Positions 8,926 through 18,745 are shown, counted from the stretch's first letter. The stretch is DNA of 64,000 nt from an uncultured Actinomycetes bacterium (GCA_963703275.1 OY969804.1:3601259-3665258), one strand, 5' to 3'. Numbers and translations: made by a program. The notes: generated from the letters alone by a model not told the origin.

Positions 8926-10344
8926 ATGACACACAACGGTCACAGAACGATGTGGACGTTCGCGATCACGAGCATCGCGCTGTTCATGACGACCCTCGAC
9001 AACCTGGTCGTGACCATGGCGCTTCCGACCATCCAGCGCGACCTGCACGCGTCCATCTCGGGCCTCGAGTGGACGGTCAACGCGTACACGCTCACCTTCG
9101 CGGTGCTGCTCCTGATGGGCGCTGCCCTGGGCGACCGGTTCGGGCGCAAGCGCATGTTCCTGATCGGGATCGTCATCTTCACCGCCGGATCGGCGGCGGC
9201 CGCGCTGGCGCCGACGATCGGCTGGCTGATCGCCGCCCGCGCGGTGCAGGGCGTCGGTGGCGCGATCGTCACCCCGCTCACCCTGACGCTCCTGACGCAG
9301 GCCGTCCCGCCCGAGCGGCGCGGGCTCGCGCTGGGCGCATGGGGCGGTATCAGCGGCCTTGGCGTCGCCCTGGGCCCGCTCGTCGGCGGCGCCGTCGTGC
9401 AGGGCATCTCGTGGCAGTGGATCTTCTGGCTGAACGTCCCGCTGGGCCTGTTGGTGCTGCCCATGGGATTCGCCCGGCTGCGCGAGAGCCGCGGGCCGTC
9501 GCTGCGGCTCGATCTGCCCGGAGTGGCGATCGTCACCGCCGGCGCGTTCGGAATCGTGTGGGGGCTGGTGCGCGCGAACCAGCAGGGCTGGACGAGCCCC
9601 GAGATCGTCGCCTCGCTGGTCACGGGCGTGCTCCTGCTGGGGGCGTTCGTCGCCTGGGAGCTGCGCACCTCCGCTCCGATGCTGCCGATGCGGTTCTTCG
9701 AGAACCGCACCTTCGCGACGGCGAACGGTGCGTCGCTCCTGATGTTCTTCGGCATGTTCGGCTCGATCTTCCTGCTCAGCCAGTACCTGCAGACCGTGCA
9801 GGGCTACTCGCCGCTTCAGGCCGGCGTCCGCACGCTGCCGTGGACGGGGATGCCGATGATCGTGGCCCCGATCGCCGGGGCGCTGACCGATCGCATCGGC
9901 GGCAAGCCCTTCCTGGTGGCGGGGCTCGCCCTGCAGGCGATCGCGCTCGCGTGGATGGCGGCGGTGCTCTCGCCGACCGTCCCCTACATCGATCTGGTGG
10001 CGCCCTTCGCCATGGCCGGGATCGGGATGGGGCTCTTCTTCGCCCCCGTCGCAACCGTGATCATGGGCTCGGTGCGGCTGATCGAGGCGGGTCAGGCATC
10101 CGGTGCCAACAACGCGATCCGTGAGCTGGGCGGAGTGCTCGGCGTGGCCGTCCTGGCGTCGATCTTCGCGCATGCGGGCGGCTACGGCTCGGCCGCGCTG
10201 TTCACCGACGGCATCCTGCCGGCGCTGTGGGTCGGCTCGGCCGTCGTCGCTGTCGGCTTCCTGGTGGCGCTGGCGATGCCGGGCCGCACCGCCGCAGCGC
10301 CCGAGCGGGCTGAAGAGCGCGAGCTCGAGGCGATCGCGGCCTGA
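8926..10344 (+). CDS. DHA2 (EmrB/QacA) drug efflux MFS transporter
   Basis: LDNLVV, WTVNAY, GDRFGRKR, WQWIFWLNVPLG; ~14 TM segments; AAGGAG SD. Confidence 0.93.
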   Translation: MTHNGHRTMWTFAITSIALFMTTLDNLVVTMALPTIQRDLHASISGLEWTVNAYTLTFAVLLLMGAALGDRFGRKRMFLIGIVIFTAGSAAAALAPTIGWLIAARAVQGVGGAIVTPLTLTLLTQAVPPERRGLALGAWGGISGLGVALGPLVGGAVVQGISWQWIFWLNVPLGLLVLPMGFARLRESRGPSLRLDLPGVAIVTAGAFGIVWGLVRANQQGWTSPEIVASLVTGVLLLGAFVAWELRTSAPMLPMRFFENRTFATANGASLLMFFGMFGSIFLLSQYLQTVQGYSPLQAGVRTLPWTGMPMIVAPIAGALTDRIGGKPFLVAGLALQAIALAWMAAVLSPTVPYIDLVAPFAMAGIGMGLFFAPVATVIMGSVRLIEAGQASGANNAIRELGGVLGVAVLASIFAHAGGYGSAALFTDGILPALWVGSAVVAVGFLVALAMPGRTAAAPERAEERELEAIAA

Positions 10345-10356
10345 CCGACACGGCAT

Positions 10357-10391
10357 GAGGGGCCGGCGTCCACCGCGGACGCCGGCCCCTC
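10357..10391. terminator. GC-rich hairpin between convergent genes (bidirectional terminator candidate)
   Basis: 15-bp perfect stem GAGGGGCCGGCGTCC/GGACGCCGGCCCCTC, 5-nt loop. Confidence 0.75.
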
Positions 10392-10399
10392 TGCATGCT

Positions 10400-11176
10400 T
10401 CAGATCACCGGTTGAACGTGCGTGGTCAACCCGCCGTCGATACCGATGTGCACCGCGAATGCGGCCGGCTCGTCCACCACGGCGATGTCCATGCTCCCGG
10501 TCAGGTCGAGCCGGATCGCCAGGTCGGTGCTCGGGCACGTGAAGGCACCGCAGCCACCGATGCGCCCGACCATGGCCCGGTGCACGTGGCCGGCGACCAC
10601 GCGGCGGACGTTCGGTGCCTGGTCGAGCAGATCGGCGAGCGCCGAGCGGCCGGCCGCTTCGAGGCCGATCTCGTCCATCACCCGGATGCCGGTCAGAAAC
10701 GGCGGGTGGTGCATCGCGAGCACGGTCGGCGTGTCGCGGTCGGCGGCGAGCTCCGCCTCGATGAATGCCAGCCGCCGCTCGCACAGGCGGCCGCCGTCGC
10801 GGCCCGGCTCGATCGTGTCGCACACGACCAGGCGCAGGCCGCCGCTGCGGGCCGTGTACTGGACGAAGGGTGGGTCGCCGGCGGGCGCGGCGGGCCCGAG
10901 CGCCGCCCGCAGCGCATCGCGGTCGTCGTGATTGCCCGGGAGAACGTGCAGGGGCATCCGCAGCGGGGCGAGCAGCTGGCACACGCGCTCGTATTCCGCC
11001 GGAGCCCCGTGATGGGTGAGATCTCCGGTCACGAGCACCGATGCGGGCGCGGGTTCGAGCGCGGCCAGTGCCTCGACGACGGTCTCGAGCCGCCTGGCGG
11101 GAACGCGGTCGCCGGCTCCCACCTGGATGTGGAGGTCAGTGATCTGGGCGAGAAGGATGCGCTCGTCGCTGCTCAT
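10400..11176 (-). CDS. Icc/CpdA-like metallophosphoesterase (cyclic-nucleotide phosphodiesterase)
   Basis: TDLH, TGDL, PGNHD, MHHPP, GHVH motifs. Confidence 0.9.
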   Translation of the reverse strand: MSSDERILLAQITDLHIQVGAGDRVPARRLETVVEALAALEPAPASVLVTGDLTHHGAPAEYERVCQLLAPLRMPLHVLPGNHDDRDALRAALGPAAPAGDPPFVQYTARSGGLRLVVCDTIEPGRDGGRLCERRLAFIEAELAADRDTPTVLAMHHPPFLTGIRVMDEIGLEAAGRSALADLLDQAPNVRRVVAGHVHRAMVGRIGGCGAFTCPSTDLAIRLDLTGSMDIAVVDEPAAFAVHIGIDGGLTTHVQPVI

Positions 11177-11206
11177 GGCTCGGGCCCGGGGGCGGGCGCG
11201 GGCAGC

Positions 11207-11848
11207 CTACGCCCAAGTCTGCGCCAGTGCGCCGGGAAGCTCGGCCAGGGTGTCGACGCGCAGCGTGGCGCGTGCGGCGTCCGCCGACGCGGCCTGGAGA
11301 TGGCCCCACGGCCCGCGGCGCACGTGGACGGCCGCCATGCCGGAGCACAGCGCCGGCACGACGTCGTTGTCGACCCGGTCGCCGACGTAGGCGACCGCCG
11401 CCGGGTCGAGGCCGGCCAGCCCGGCGACGGCGCGGAAGAATGCGGGCGAGGGCTTCTCCGCGCCCAGTGTCGCCGACGACGCGACCACCGCCTCGCCGCA
11501 GTGTGCGCGCAGAAACGCCTCGGTGGCGGCGGCGGTGTTTCCGGCCACGCCGACCAGGTACCCGCGTTCGCGCAGCGCGTCCAGGCAGGGCAATGCGTCG
11601 GGGTAGAGATCCTCCGCGCGGAACTCGTCCGGCACCCCGGCCGCGACCCGGGCGCGGCGCTCGGCGTCGAGATCGAACCCCGGCCGCACGAGCTCGAACG
11701 CACGCAGGTGGTGCTCGCCGCGGGCGATGGTCGCACCCAGCAGGCCGAGCATCGTCCCCGCCGACACGCCGAGCCAGTCGGCCCACGCGATCCACGCCCT
11801 CGTCTCGTCGACCAGCGTCTCGCCAACGTCGAAGAAGACCGCCCTCAC
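11207..11848 (-). CDS. HAD-family hydrolase
   Basis: FFDVGETL motif I, EKPSP, YVGDRVDND motif IV. Confidence 0.9.
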   Translation of the reverse strand: MRAVFFDVGETLVDETRAWIAWADWLGVSAGTMLGLLGATIARGEHHLRAFELVRPGFDLDAERRARVAAGVPDEFRAEDLYPDALPCLDALRERGYLVGVAGNTAAATEAFLRAHCGEAVVASSATLGAEKPSPAFFRAVAGLAGLDPAAVAYVGDRVDNDVVPALCSGMAAVHVRRGPWGHLQAASADAARATLRVDTLAELPGALAQTWA

Positions 11849-11857
11849 CCGCGTAGG

Positions 11858-12676
11858 CTAGTTGGCGGCGGCCGCCTCCAGCGCTCGCCGGGTGAGGACG
11901 CGCGCCAGGTGCTTGCGGTACTCCGACGATGCGGATGTGTCCGCCGGCGGGTTCAGGCCCTCGGCTGCGTGCTCGGCGGCCTCGGCGGCGTTCGAGCCGG
12001 TGAATGCGCGCTCGGCGGCCCCGGCCCGCACGGGCTTGGTGCCCACCCCGGTGAGGGCGATCCGGGCAGTTGCGCCGTCGATCACGGCCGCGGCGCCGAC
12101 GATCGCCCAGTCCTGCGCCCGCCGGTTGAACTTGATGTACGCGCCGTGCGCGGCCTTGGGCACGCGCACGCCGGTCAGGATCTCGTCCGGATGCAGTGAC
12201 GTGGTGAGGTACTCGACGAACAGGTCGCCGGCCGCGATCGTGCGCGCTCCGTCCGGCCCCTCGACGGACACCTCGCCGTCGAGCGCCAGCAGAACCGTCG
12301 GCAGGTCCCCGTGCGGATCGGCCTGCGCGATCGAACCGCCGATGGTGCCGCGGTTTCGCACCTGCATGTCGCCGACGCCCGCAGCTGCATCGGCCAGGAT
12401 CGGGCAGGCCGAGCGGATCAGGTCTGATGCGGCCACGTCCACGTGTCGTGTGAGCGCGCCGATCACGATGTGCGAACCGGCGTCGGCGATGCCGCGCAGG
12501 CTCGAGATGCCGCCGATGTCGATCAGCGTTCCGGGGTTCGCGAACCGCAGCTTCATCATCGGCAGCAGCGAGTGGCCGCCCGCGAGCACCCGGGCCTCCT
12601 CGCCGTGCGTCCTCAGCAGCCCGACGGCGTCGGCGACGGTCTCGGGCCGCTCGTAGTCGAATGCCTGCGGGATCAT
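11858..12676 (-). CDS. Xanthine dehydrogenase family FAD subunit (CoxM/CutM-like)
   Basis: LAGGHSLLP, VRNRGTIGGS, ASSEYR. Confidence 0.93.
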   Translation of the reverse strand: MIPQAFDYERPETVADAVGLLRTHGEEARVLAGGHSLLPMMKLRFANPGTLIDIGGISSLRGIADAGSHIVIGALTRHVDVAASDLIRSACPILADAAAGVGDMQVRNRGTIGGSIAQADPHGDLPTVLLALDGEVSVEGPDGARTIAAGDLFVEYLTTSLHPDEILTGVRVPKAAHGAYIKFNRRAQDWAIVGAAAVIDGATARIALTGVGTKPVRAGAAERAFTGSNAAEAAEHAAEGLNPPADTSASSEYRKHLARVLTRRALEAAAAN

Positions 12677-15018
12677 GCGGCACCGCCCTTCTGCATTGCA
12701 TTCCAGACCGTCTCGGGCGTCATCGGCATGTCGAGGTCACGGACGCCGATGGCGTTGCAGACGGCGCTCACGACCGCCGGCGACGCGGCGATGGTGCCCG
12801 CTTCGCCGATGCCCTTCACCCCCAGGGGGTTGGTGGGCGACGGGGTGACCGTGCGCTCGGTGACGATGTGCGGCACCTCGACCGCCGACGGGATGACGTA
12901 GTTGACCATCGAGCCCGTCAGCAGCTGGCCCTCGGCGTCGTAGACGGCTTCCTCGTAGAGCGCCTGGCCGATGCCGTGGGCGACGCCGCCGTGCACCTGG
13001 CCCGCGACGATCGTCGGGTTGATGACGTTGCCGCAGTCGTCGACGGCGATGTAGCCGGTGATCTCGACCTTGCCCGTCTCCTCGTCCACCTCGACCTCGC
13101 AGCCGTGGGCGCCGAACGGGAAGGTGCAGTTGGGCGGGTCGAAGAACACGGTCTCGTCGAGCCCCGGTGTGACCCCCTCGGGCATGTCGAACGCCTGCCA
13201 CGCGCGGAAGGCGACCTCCTGGATCGTCACCCGCTGGTCGGGGCTGCCCTTCACCGAGAACGCACCGCCGCCGAAGTCGAGGTCGTCGACCGACGCTTCG
13301 AGCATCTGCGCCGCGACCTGCCGGGCCTTGTCGCGCACCTTGCTCGCCGCCAGGTGCACCGCGATGCCTCCGACCGCCACGCTGCGGCTGCCGTAGGTAC
13401 CCAGCCCGTAGGGCGCGAAGGCGGTGTCGCCGTGAATCACCTCGATGTCGTCGAACGGGACGCCCAGCTCGGTCTCGACGATCTGCGACCACGAGGTCGC
13501 ATGGCCCTGGCCGTGCGGGGAGGTACCGGTGATGACGGTCGCCTTTCCGGTGGGGTGCATCCGCACGGTCGAGCTCTCCCATCCTCCGGGCGTGAGCCCG
13601 ATCGCGTGCGCGACGTCCGATGGGGCGAATCCGCAGATCTCGACCCATGTCGAGAGGCCACGGCCGAGCAGCTTGCCGCGGGCGGCCGCCTCCGTGCGGC
13701 GCCGCTCGAACGTCTCCTGGTCGTCGCTCAGCTCGAGCAGTCTGTCGAGCGTCTTTTCGTAGTCGCCGGAGTCGTAGGCGAGCCCGATGACGCTCGTGAA
13801 CGGCCACTCGGTGGGGAAGTTGCGCCTGCGCACCTCGGTGCGGCTGATCCCGACCTCCTGAGCCAGAATGTCCATCATCCGCTCGATCGCATGCGTTGCC
13901 TCGGGTCGGCCGGCGCCGCGGAGGGCGTCGGTCGGCACGGTGTTCGTGTAGACGTTGGTCACCTTGACGTCGATCTCGGGGATGGCATACGCGCCGGGAG
14001 CCATCAGCATGGTCAGCTGCGAGATCAGCGGGGTCAGGAGCTGCAGGTAGGAGCCGTAGTCCTGGACGTAATGCGCCCGCATGCCGAGCACCTTCCCGGT
14101 GTTGTCGGCCGCCAGCTCGACGTGCGCATCCTGGGCACGGCCGTGACAGGTGGCGAGCATCGCCTCGGAGCGCTCCTCGATCCACTTCACCGGCGCGCCG
14201 ACCTTGCGGGATGCGGCCGCGGCGATGAACTCCTCGGCATAGGTGTTCAGCTTGGCGCCGAACCCGCCGCCGACGTCCGGTGCGATGGCACGCACCTTGG
14301 CCTCGCTCACTCCGCACACGATTGCGAGGAACGTGCGCAGGAAGTGGGGGATCTGGGTCGAGCTGTACACGACCAGGTCGTCCGAGGCCGGGTTCCAGTC
14401 GGCCACCACTCCGCGTGTCTCCATCGGGACGTGGATGAGGCGCTGGTTGTGGATGGTGTGCTTGACCACGACGTCCGCCTTCGCGAACGCCGCATCGATG
14501 CCGTCGGTCTTGGTCGTGAGCACGAGGCCCACGTTCGATTCGAGCTCATCGTGGATGCGCGGCGCGCCATCGGCCAGCGCCGCATCCACGCCGAGCACGG
14601 CCGGAAGCGGCGCGTAGTCGACCTCCACCTTGTCCGCCGCATCCCGCGCGGCGTAGCGGTCGGCCGCGATGACGACGGCGATCGGCTCGCCGACATGGCG
14701 CACCCTGCCCTTCGCCAGCGGCGGGCGGGCCGGTTGCACCATGTCGCCCGTGGGGTTGGACCCGCACGGCACACCGGCGGCGAACTCGAGGTCAGCGCCG
14801 GTCAGGACGGCGGTGACGCCGGGCATGCCCCGGGCGGCCGAGGTGTCGATGCCCTTGATGTCTGCGTGCGCGTACTGGCTGCGCACGACCGCCATGTGCA
14901 GCATCCCCGGGATCTTGACGTCGTCGACGTAGCGGCCGTGGCCGGTGAGGAATCTGTTGTCCTCCTTGCGCAGGACGGCGTCGCCGATGCCCTTGGAGTG
15001 TTCGGCTGTGGTCGCCAT
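12673..15018 (-). CDS. Xanthine dehydrogenase family molybdopterin subunit (form II CoxL-like)
   Basis: RKED...YVDD, DVGGGFGAK, active-site loop ALRGAGR, GTYGSRS, KGIGEAG. Confidence 0.92.
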   Translation of the reverse strand: MATTAEHSKGIGDAVLRKEDNRFLTGHGRYVDDVKIPGMLHMAVVRSQYAHADIKGIDTSAARGMPGVTAVLTGADLEFAAGVPCGSNPTGDMVQPARPPLAKGRVRHVGEPIAVVIAADRYAARDAADKVEVDYAPLPAVLGVDAALADGAPRIHDELESNVGLVLTTKTDGIDAAFAKADVVVKHTIHNQRLIHVPMETRGVVADWNPASDDLVVYSSTQIPHFLRTFLAIVCGVSEAKVRAIAPDVGGGFGAKLNTYAEEFIAAAASRKVGAPVKWIEERSEAMLATCHGRAQDAHVELAADNTGKVLGMRAHYVQDYGSYLQLLTPLISQLTMLMAPGAYAIPEIDVKVTNVYTNTVPTDALRGAGRPEATHAIERMMDILAQEVGISRTEVRRRNFPTEWPFTSVIGLAYDSGDYEKTLDRLLELSDDQETFERRRTEAAARGKLLGRGLSTWVEICGFAPSDVAHAIGLTPGGWESSTVRMHPTGKATVITGTSPHGQGHATSWSQIVETELGVPFDDIEVIHGDTAFAPYGLGTYGSRSVAVGGIAVHLAASKVRDKARQVAAQMLEASVDDLDFGGGAFSVKGSPDQRVTIQEVAFRAWQAFDMPEGVTPGLDETVFFDPPNCTFPFGAHGCEVEVDEETGKVEITGYIAVDDCGNVINPTIVAGQVHGGVAHGIGQALYEEAVYDAEGQLLTGSMVNYVIPSAVEVPHIVTERTVTPSPTNPLGVKGIGEAGTIAASPAVVSAVCNAIGVRDLDMPMTPETVWNAMQKGGAA

Positions 15019-15485
15019 TACGCCGCCACCCCGGCGGCCGAGCGGACGGCCGCGACGATGTTCTCGTAGCCCGTGCACCGGCACAGGTTGCCCTCGAGGC
15101 CGTGCCGGATCTCCGCGTCGGTGGGCGCGGGGTTGTGCTCGAGGAGCTTGATCGCCGCCATCACCATCCCCGGCGTGCAGTAGCCGCACTGCAGCCCGTG
15201 GTTTTGGTGGAACGCCTGCTGCATCGGGTGCAGCTCGCCGTCCTCGGCGATCCCCTCGATGGTCGTCACCTCATGTCCGTCTGCCTGCACGGCGAGCACG
15301 GTGCACGACTTCACAGCCTCGCCGTCCAGCCAGACGGTGCATGCTCCGCAGTTGGACGTATCGCAGCCAACGTGGGTGCCGGTCAGGTTCAGGTGCTCAC
15401 GCAGCAGGTGGACGAGCAGCGTTCGCGGCTCGACCTCGGCGGTGCGTGGGTCCCCGTTGACGGTCATGGTGACGGCGCTCTTCAT
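15018..15485 (-). CDS. (2Fe-2S) subunit (CoxS-like)
   Basis: [27 protein letters not shown]; AGGAG SD. Confidence 0.93.
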   Translation of the reverse strand: MKSAVTMTVNGDPRTAEVEPRTLLVHLLREHLNLTGTHVGCDTSNCGACTVWLDGEAVKSCTVLAVQADGHEVTTIEGIAEDGELHPMQQAFHQNHGLQCGYCTPGMVMAAIKLLEHNPAPTDAEIRHGLEGNLCRCTGYENIVAAVRSAAGVAA

Positions 15486-15711
15486 CGAGTCTCCTGTCCG
15501 AAGGTCGGGATCGCGTGGTGCACGGGAAGGTCTATCGCAGGCAGGGGGCCATGACAAGGGCGGTCACCGGCCGCTCGTAAGGGTTTCGTATGGAACTTGT
15601 CCCAATCGTTGACCGCCGGGTGGGCGCTCCCTATGTAGGGAGAGAAGGCGCGTCGCAGTTCGTGACGGGGGTCACCGGACAGCGACACCTAAACAGGAGG
15701 GTCGTGAACAG

Positions 15712-15888
15712 ATGATCGTCGAGCGCATCGAAACGGTGGAAAGGAACTCGGATGCTCGGGATGCTGCAAAGCACGCCGAGACCGCGTTCCGCCGGATGGG
15801 GCCGTCCGCTGCTTCGGGGGAGCGCCTGTCGAACCGCGACCTGCGGCGTATCGAGGTAATGCTCGTGCGCCGGATCGTGACCGGCTGA
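15712..15888 (+). CDS. Small hypothetical protein (58 aa), not in ORF track
   Basis: MIVERIETVERNSDARDAAKHAETAFRRMGPSAASGERLSNRDLRRIEVMLVRRIVTG; AGGAGG at 15695-15700; TTGACC-N17-TATGTA upstream (15609-15637). Confidence 0.5.
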   Translation: MIVERIETVERNSDARDAAKHAETAFRRMGPSAASGERLSNRDLRRIEVMLVRRIVTG

Positions 15889-15916
15889 GCACGGGGGAGC
15901 CGAGCGATCTCTTCGC

Positions 15917-16837
15917 CTACAGGTGGAATGCCTTGGGAAGGCCGCGTGCTGAGCGGGCCTTCCCAAGGTACCGCCTGATCCCCAGCAGCTGCTCGGACGC
16001 CCGCAGCAGCGAGAAGTGCGACAGCAGGCGGTGGCTGACCGTGTGCGGGTCGGTGTAGCGGCTGACCACCACGAGCGGCACCAGGTTGTTGCCGCTGCCC
16101 TCGTCGAACGTAATCAGGATTGCCGTGTGCCCGTGCCGGTAGGTTCGGCTGGCGACCATCATCGGAATCCACTTCCGCAGCCAGTTGTCCCCGGACGCCG
16201 TGGGGCAGCTGTGCATGTCGTCGCAGAGGTTGGGCGTGACGAACATGTAGGCGGGGGCGTGCCCGCTGTTGAGCGCCAGGTGCATGCGCCCCGTGCCGAG
16301 CCTTCCCAGCGATCGAACGTGCCGTCGGCAGTGCGGGCGCACCCGCAGGTAGTACACGGCCGGGACGTGGCGGGCGGCGTAGAGGCCCGCGGTGTTGGTG
16401 TCGCAGGGGATCGGCATCGACTCGGCGTAGGCCCGCCAGCGCAATCCGTGCCGCGAGAGCTGGGAGAAGATGTTCGGCCCCGCCTGCGAGCAGCTCCGGA
16501 CGCTGCAGTCGCTGTGGATGCCATGGGTCGAGCCGCTCGTCATCGCCAGGTAGTTGGGCAGGCTCGGGTGGCTTATGGCGTGGTAGTTCGTCGCCAGTCC
16601 GCACCGCTTGGCGAGGGCGGTGATGAACTTCGCATGTGGCACGATCTGCGACAGCGAGTGGTTCTCCATCACGATCACGATCACGTGGCGGATGACCGGC
16701 CGCGCCTCACGGGCCTGGCCGCACGCCGCCGGGGCCGAGACCGCGGGCCGCAGCGCGCCGGCAGCGGTGGCGGATGCGCCCGACCCGGCGATGACCGTCG
16801 CAGCCAGAACGGCCGCCAGCAGTGGTGCAGCTCTCAC
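15917..16837 (-). CDS. Secreted phosphoesterase (alkaline phosphatase superfamily, SapM-like acid phosphatase)
   Basis: Signal peptide; VIVMENHS, HPSLPNY, CDDMH, ITFDEG, HFSLLR. Confidence 0.88.
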   Translation of the reverse strand: MRAAPLLAAVLAATVIAGSGASATAAGALRPAVSAPAACGQAREARPVIRHVIVIVMENHSLSQIVPHAKFITALAKRCGLATNYHAISHPSLPNYLAMTSGSTHGIHSDCSVRSCSQAGPNIFSQLSRHGLRWRAYAESMPIPCDTNTAGLYAARHVPAVYYLRVRPHCRRHVRSLGRLGTGRMHLALNSGHAPAYMFVTPNLCDDMHSCPTASGDNWLRKWIPMMVASRTYRHGHTAILITFDEGSGNNLVPLVVVSRYTDPHTVSHRLLSHFSLLRASEQLLGIRRYLGKARSARGLPKAFHL

Positions 16838-16927
16838 GGGCGGTGAGGCTACTGGACGGCGGGCGCCGATTCCCGAGGCCTTACCAGATTCTTACGCGAC
16901 CCTGACCGCGTCTTCAGCGGTGGCCGG

Positions 16928-17346
16928 TCACGACGGCGCCGCGGCCGGGACGGCCGACGTGCACTGGGCGCAGCGGTGGGCGGCGATGGGGATCTCGCTC
17001 AGGCACTCCGGGCAAGCGCGCGTGGTGGGGGCGCCTGCGCCTCGCCGGCCGCGCGCCGGGCCGCCAGCACGTTCAGGGGCTTCACCACCAGGAAGAAGAT
17101 CGCGACCGCGACGACCAGGAAGGCGAGCACCGCGTTGATGAACGCGCCGTAGAGAAACGTGCTGTTGTTGATCTCGAAGCTCAGGTCGGCGAAGTTCTGC
17201 TTGCCGAAGATCGCCGCCACGAGCGGCGTGATCAGGTCGGTGACGAGCGCGGTCACGACCGCCCCGAAGGCGGCCCCGATGACGACCGCGACGGCCAGGT
17301 CGACGACGTTGCCGCGCAGCACGAACTGTCTGAACTCCCTCAGCAT
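16928..17346 (-). CDS. mscL: Large-conductance mechanosensitive channel MscL with C-terminal CxxC...CxxC zinc ribbon; frameshift at 17027-17031
   Basis: MLREFRQFVLRGNVVDLAVAVVIGAAF; a frame shift in the C5 run gives TTRACPECLSEIPIAAHRCAQCTSAVPAAAPS*. Confidence 0.9.
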
Positions 17347-17410
17347 TCCAAGCCCCCTCGCTCGAGAATTTTGAGGCGGCAGGTTAGCGCTCGGGCCTAT
17401 GATGGCCCGC

Positions 17411-18745
17411 ATGCCGAGCACCGGTGACCAGGTGGTGGTGATCGGCGGCGGGTCGACGGGCGAGGCGTTTGCCGGTGCGCTGCGCGGGTTCGAGCCGGAC
17501 ACCCGCATCACGCTGATCGAGCAAGGCCTCGTCGGCGGTGAGTGCTCCTATTACGCGTGCATGCCTTCCAAGGCGCTGCTGCGGCCGCCCGAGGCGCTGG
17601 CGGCGGCGCGGCTCGTGCCGGGTGCGGCCGAGGCGGTCACCGGGTCGATCGATCCCGAGCGGGCGTTCTGGCATCGCGACCAGGTCACGGGCGGCCTGGA
17701 CGATTCGAGCCAGGTGGACTGGCTCGCCGACCACCGGATCGAGCTCGTACGCGGCGAGGCGCGCGTAACCGGCCCCGGCACGATCGACGTCGGCGGGCGC
17801 ACAGTCGGGTACGGGCGGCTGCTGATCGCAACCGGGTCGGTGCCGTCGATCCCCCCGATCCAGGGGTTGGACGGGGTCGAGTTCTGGACCAACCGGGAGG
17901 CGACCTCGACGCATGAGGTGCCCGAGCGGCTGATCGTCGTCGGCGGCGGACCGGTCGGGTGCGAGCTGGCGCAGGTGTTCGCGCGGATGGGCTCGCGGGT
18001 GACCCTCGTCGACACCGCCGAGCGGCTGCTCTCTCGCGACCACCCGGACGCGGGGGCGCTGATCGCCGACGCGCTCACGGGTGACGGCGTCACCCTCCGG
18101 CTCGGACAGGTGGTCGAGCGAGTCGAGCCCGGAGTGCGGGCGTGGCTTACGGACGGTACGAGCGTCGAGGCCGGCAGGCTGCTGGTGGCGGCGGGTCGCA
18201 CGCCGAACGTCGCGGGACTCGGATTCGAGGCGCTTGGCGTCACCATCTCGGCGCGCGGGATCGAGGTCGACGAGCAGCTGCGAGCGGCCGAAGACGTGTG
18301 GGCGGCGGGCGACGTCACCGGCATCGCGATGTTCACCCATGTCGGCAAGTACCAGGCCCGCCTCGCGGCGGCCGCGATGGCGGGTCACGAGGTGCGGGCC
18401 GATTACCGGGCGGTGCCCGCGGTGACGTTCACCGACCCGCAGGTTGCGTCGGTCGGCGATACCTCGGGCGAGGGCACGGTGATGGGCGAGCGCGGATCGA
18501 CTGCGCGGCTCTCGACGTACGAGCGCCCCCGCCGGCCCGGGTTCTTGAAGGTGTTTGCCGACCCGCGCCGCAGGGTGCTGGTCGGTGCGGTGGCCGTCGG
18601 CCCCGAGGCGGGGGAGTGGCTCGGCCAGCTGACCCTGGCGATCCGGGCCGAGGTGCCGATCGACCTGCTGCTCGAGACCATCCAGCCCTACCCGACGTTC
18701 TCGGAGGCGATCCAGTTCGCGGTCCGCGACCTCGCCCTCGGGTGA
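17411..18745 (+). CDS. Pyridine nucleotide-disulfide oxidoreductase (dihydrolipoamide dehydrogenase family)
   Basis: GGGSTG FAD motif, GGECSYYACMPSK, GGGPVG, AAGDV, C-terminal YPTFSE; -10 TATGAT 7 nt before ATG. Confidence 0.9.
   Translation: MPSTGDQVVVIGGGSTGEAFAGALRGFEPDTRITLIEQGLVGGECSYYACMPSKALLRPPEALAAARLVPGAAEAVTGSIDPERAFWHRDQVTGGLDDSSQVDWLADHRIELVRGEARVTGPGTIDVGGRTVGYGRLLIATGSVPSIPPIQGLDGVEFWTNREATSTHEVPERLIVVGGGPVGCELAQVFARMGSRVTLVDTAERLLSRDHPDAGALIADALTGDGVTLRLGQVVERVEPGVRAWLTDGTSVEAGRLLVAAGRTPNVAGLGFEALGVTISARGIEVDEQLRAAEDVWAAGDVTGIAMFTHVGKYQARLAAAAMAGHEVRADYRAVPAVTFTDPQVASVGDTSGEGTVMGERGSTARLSTYERPRRPGFLKVFADPRRRVLVGAVAVGPEAGEWLGQLTLAIRAEVPIDLLLETIQPYPTFSEAIQFAVRDLALG

Noticed and set aside
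12673-15018. Aerobic CO dehydrogenase (form I)
   Set aside because: Lacks the AYXCSFR motif, M-S-L order and accessory genes
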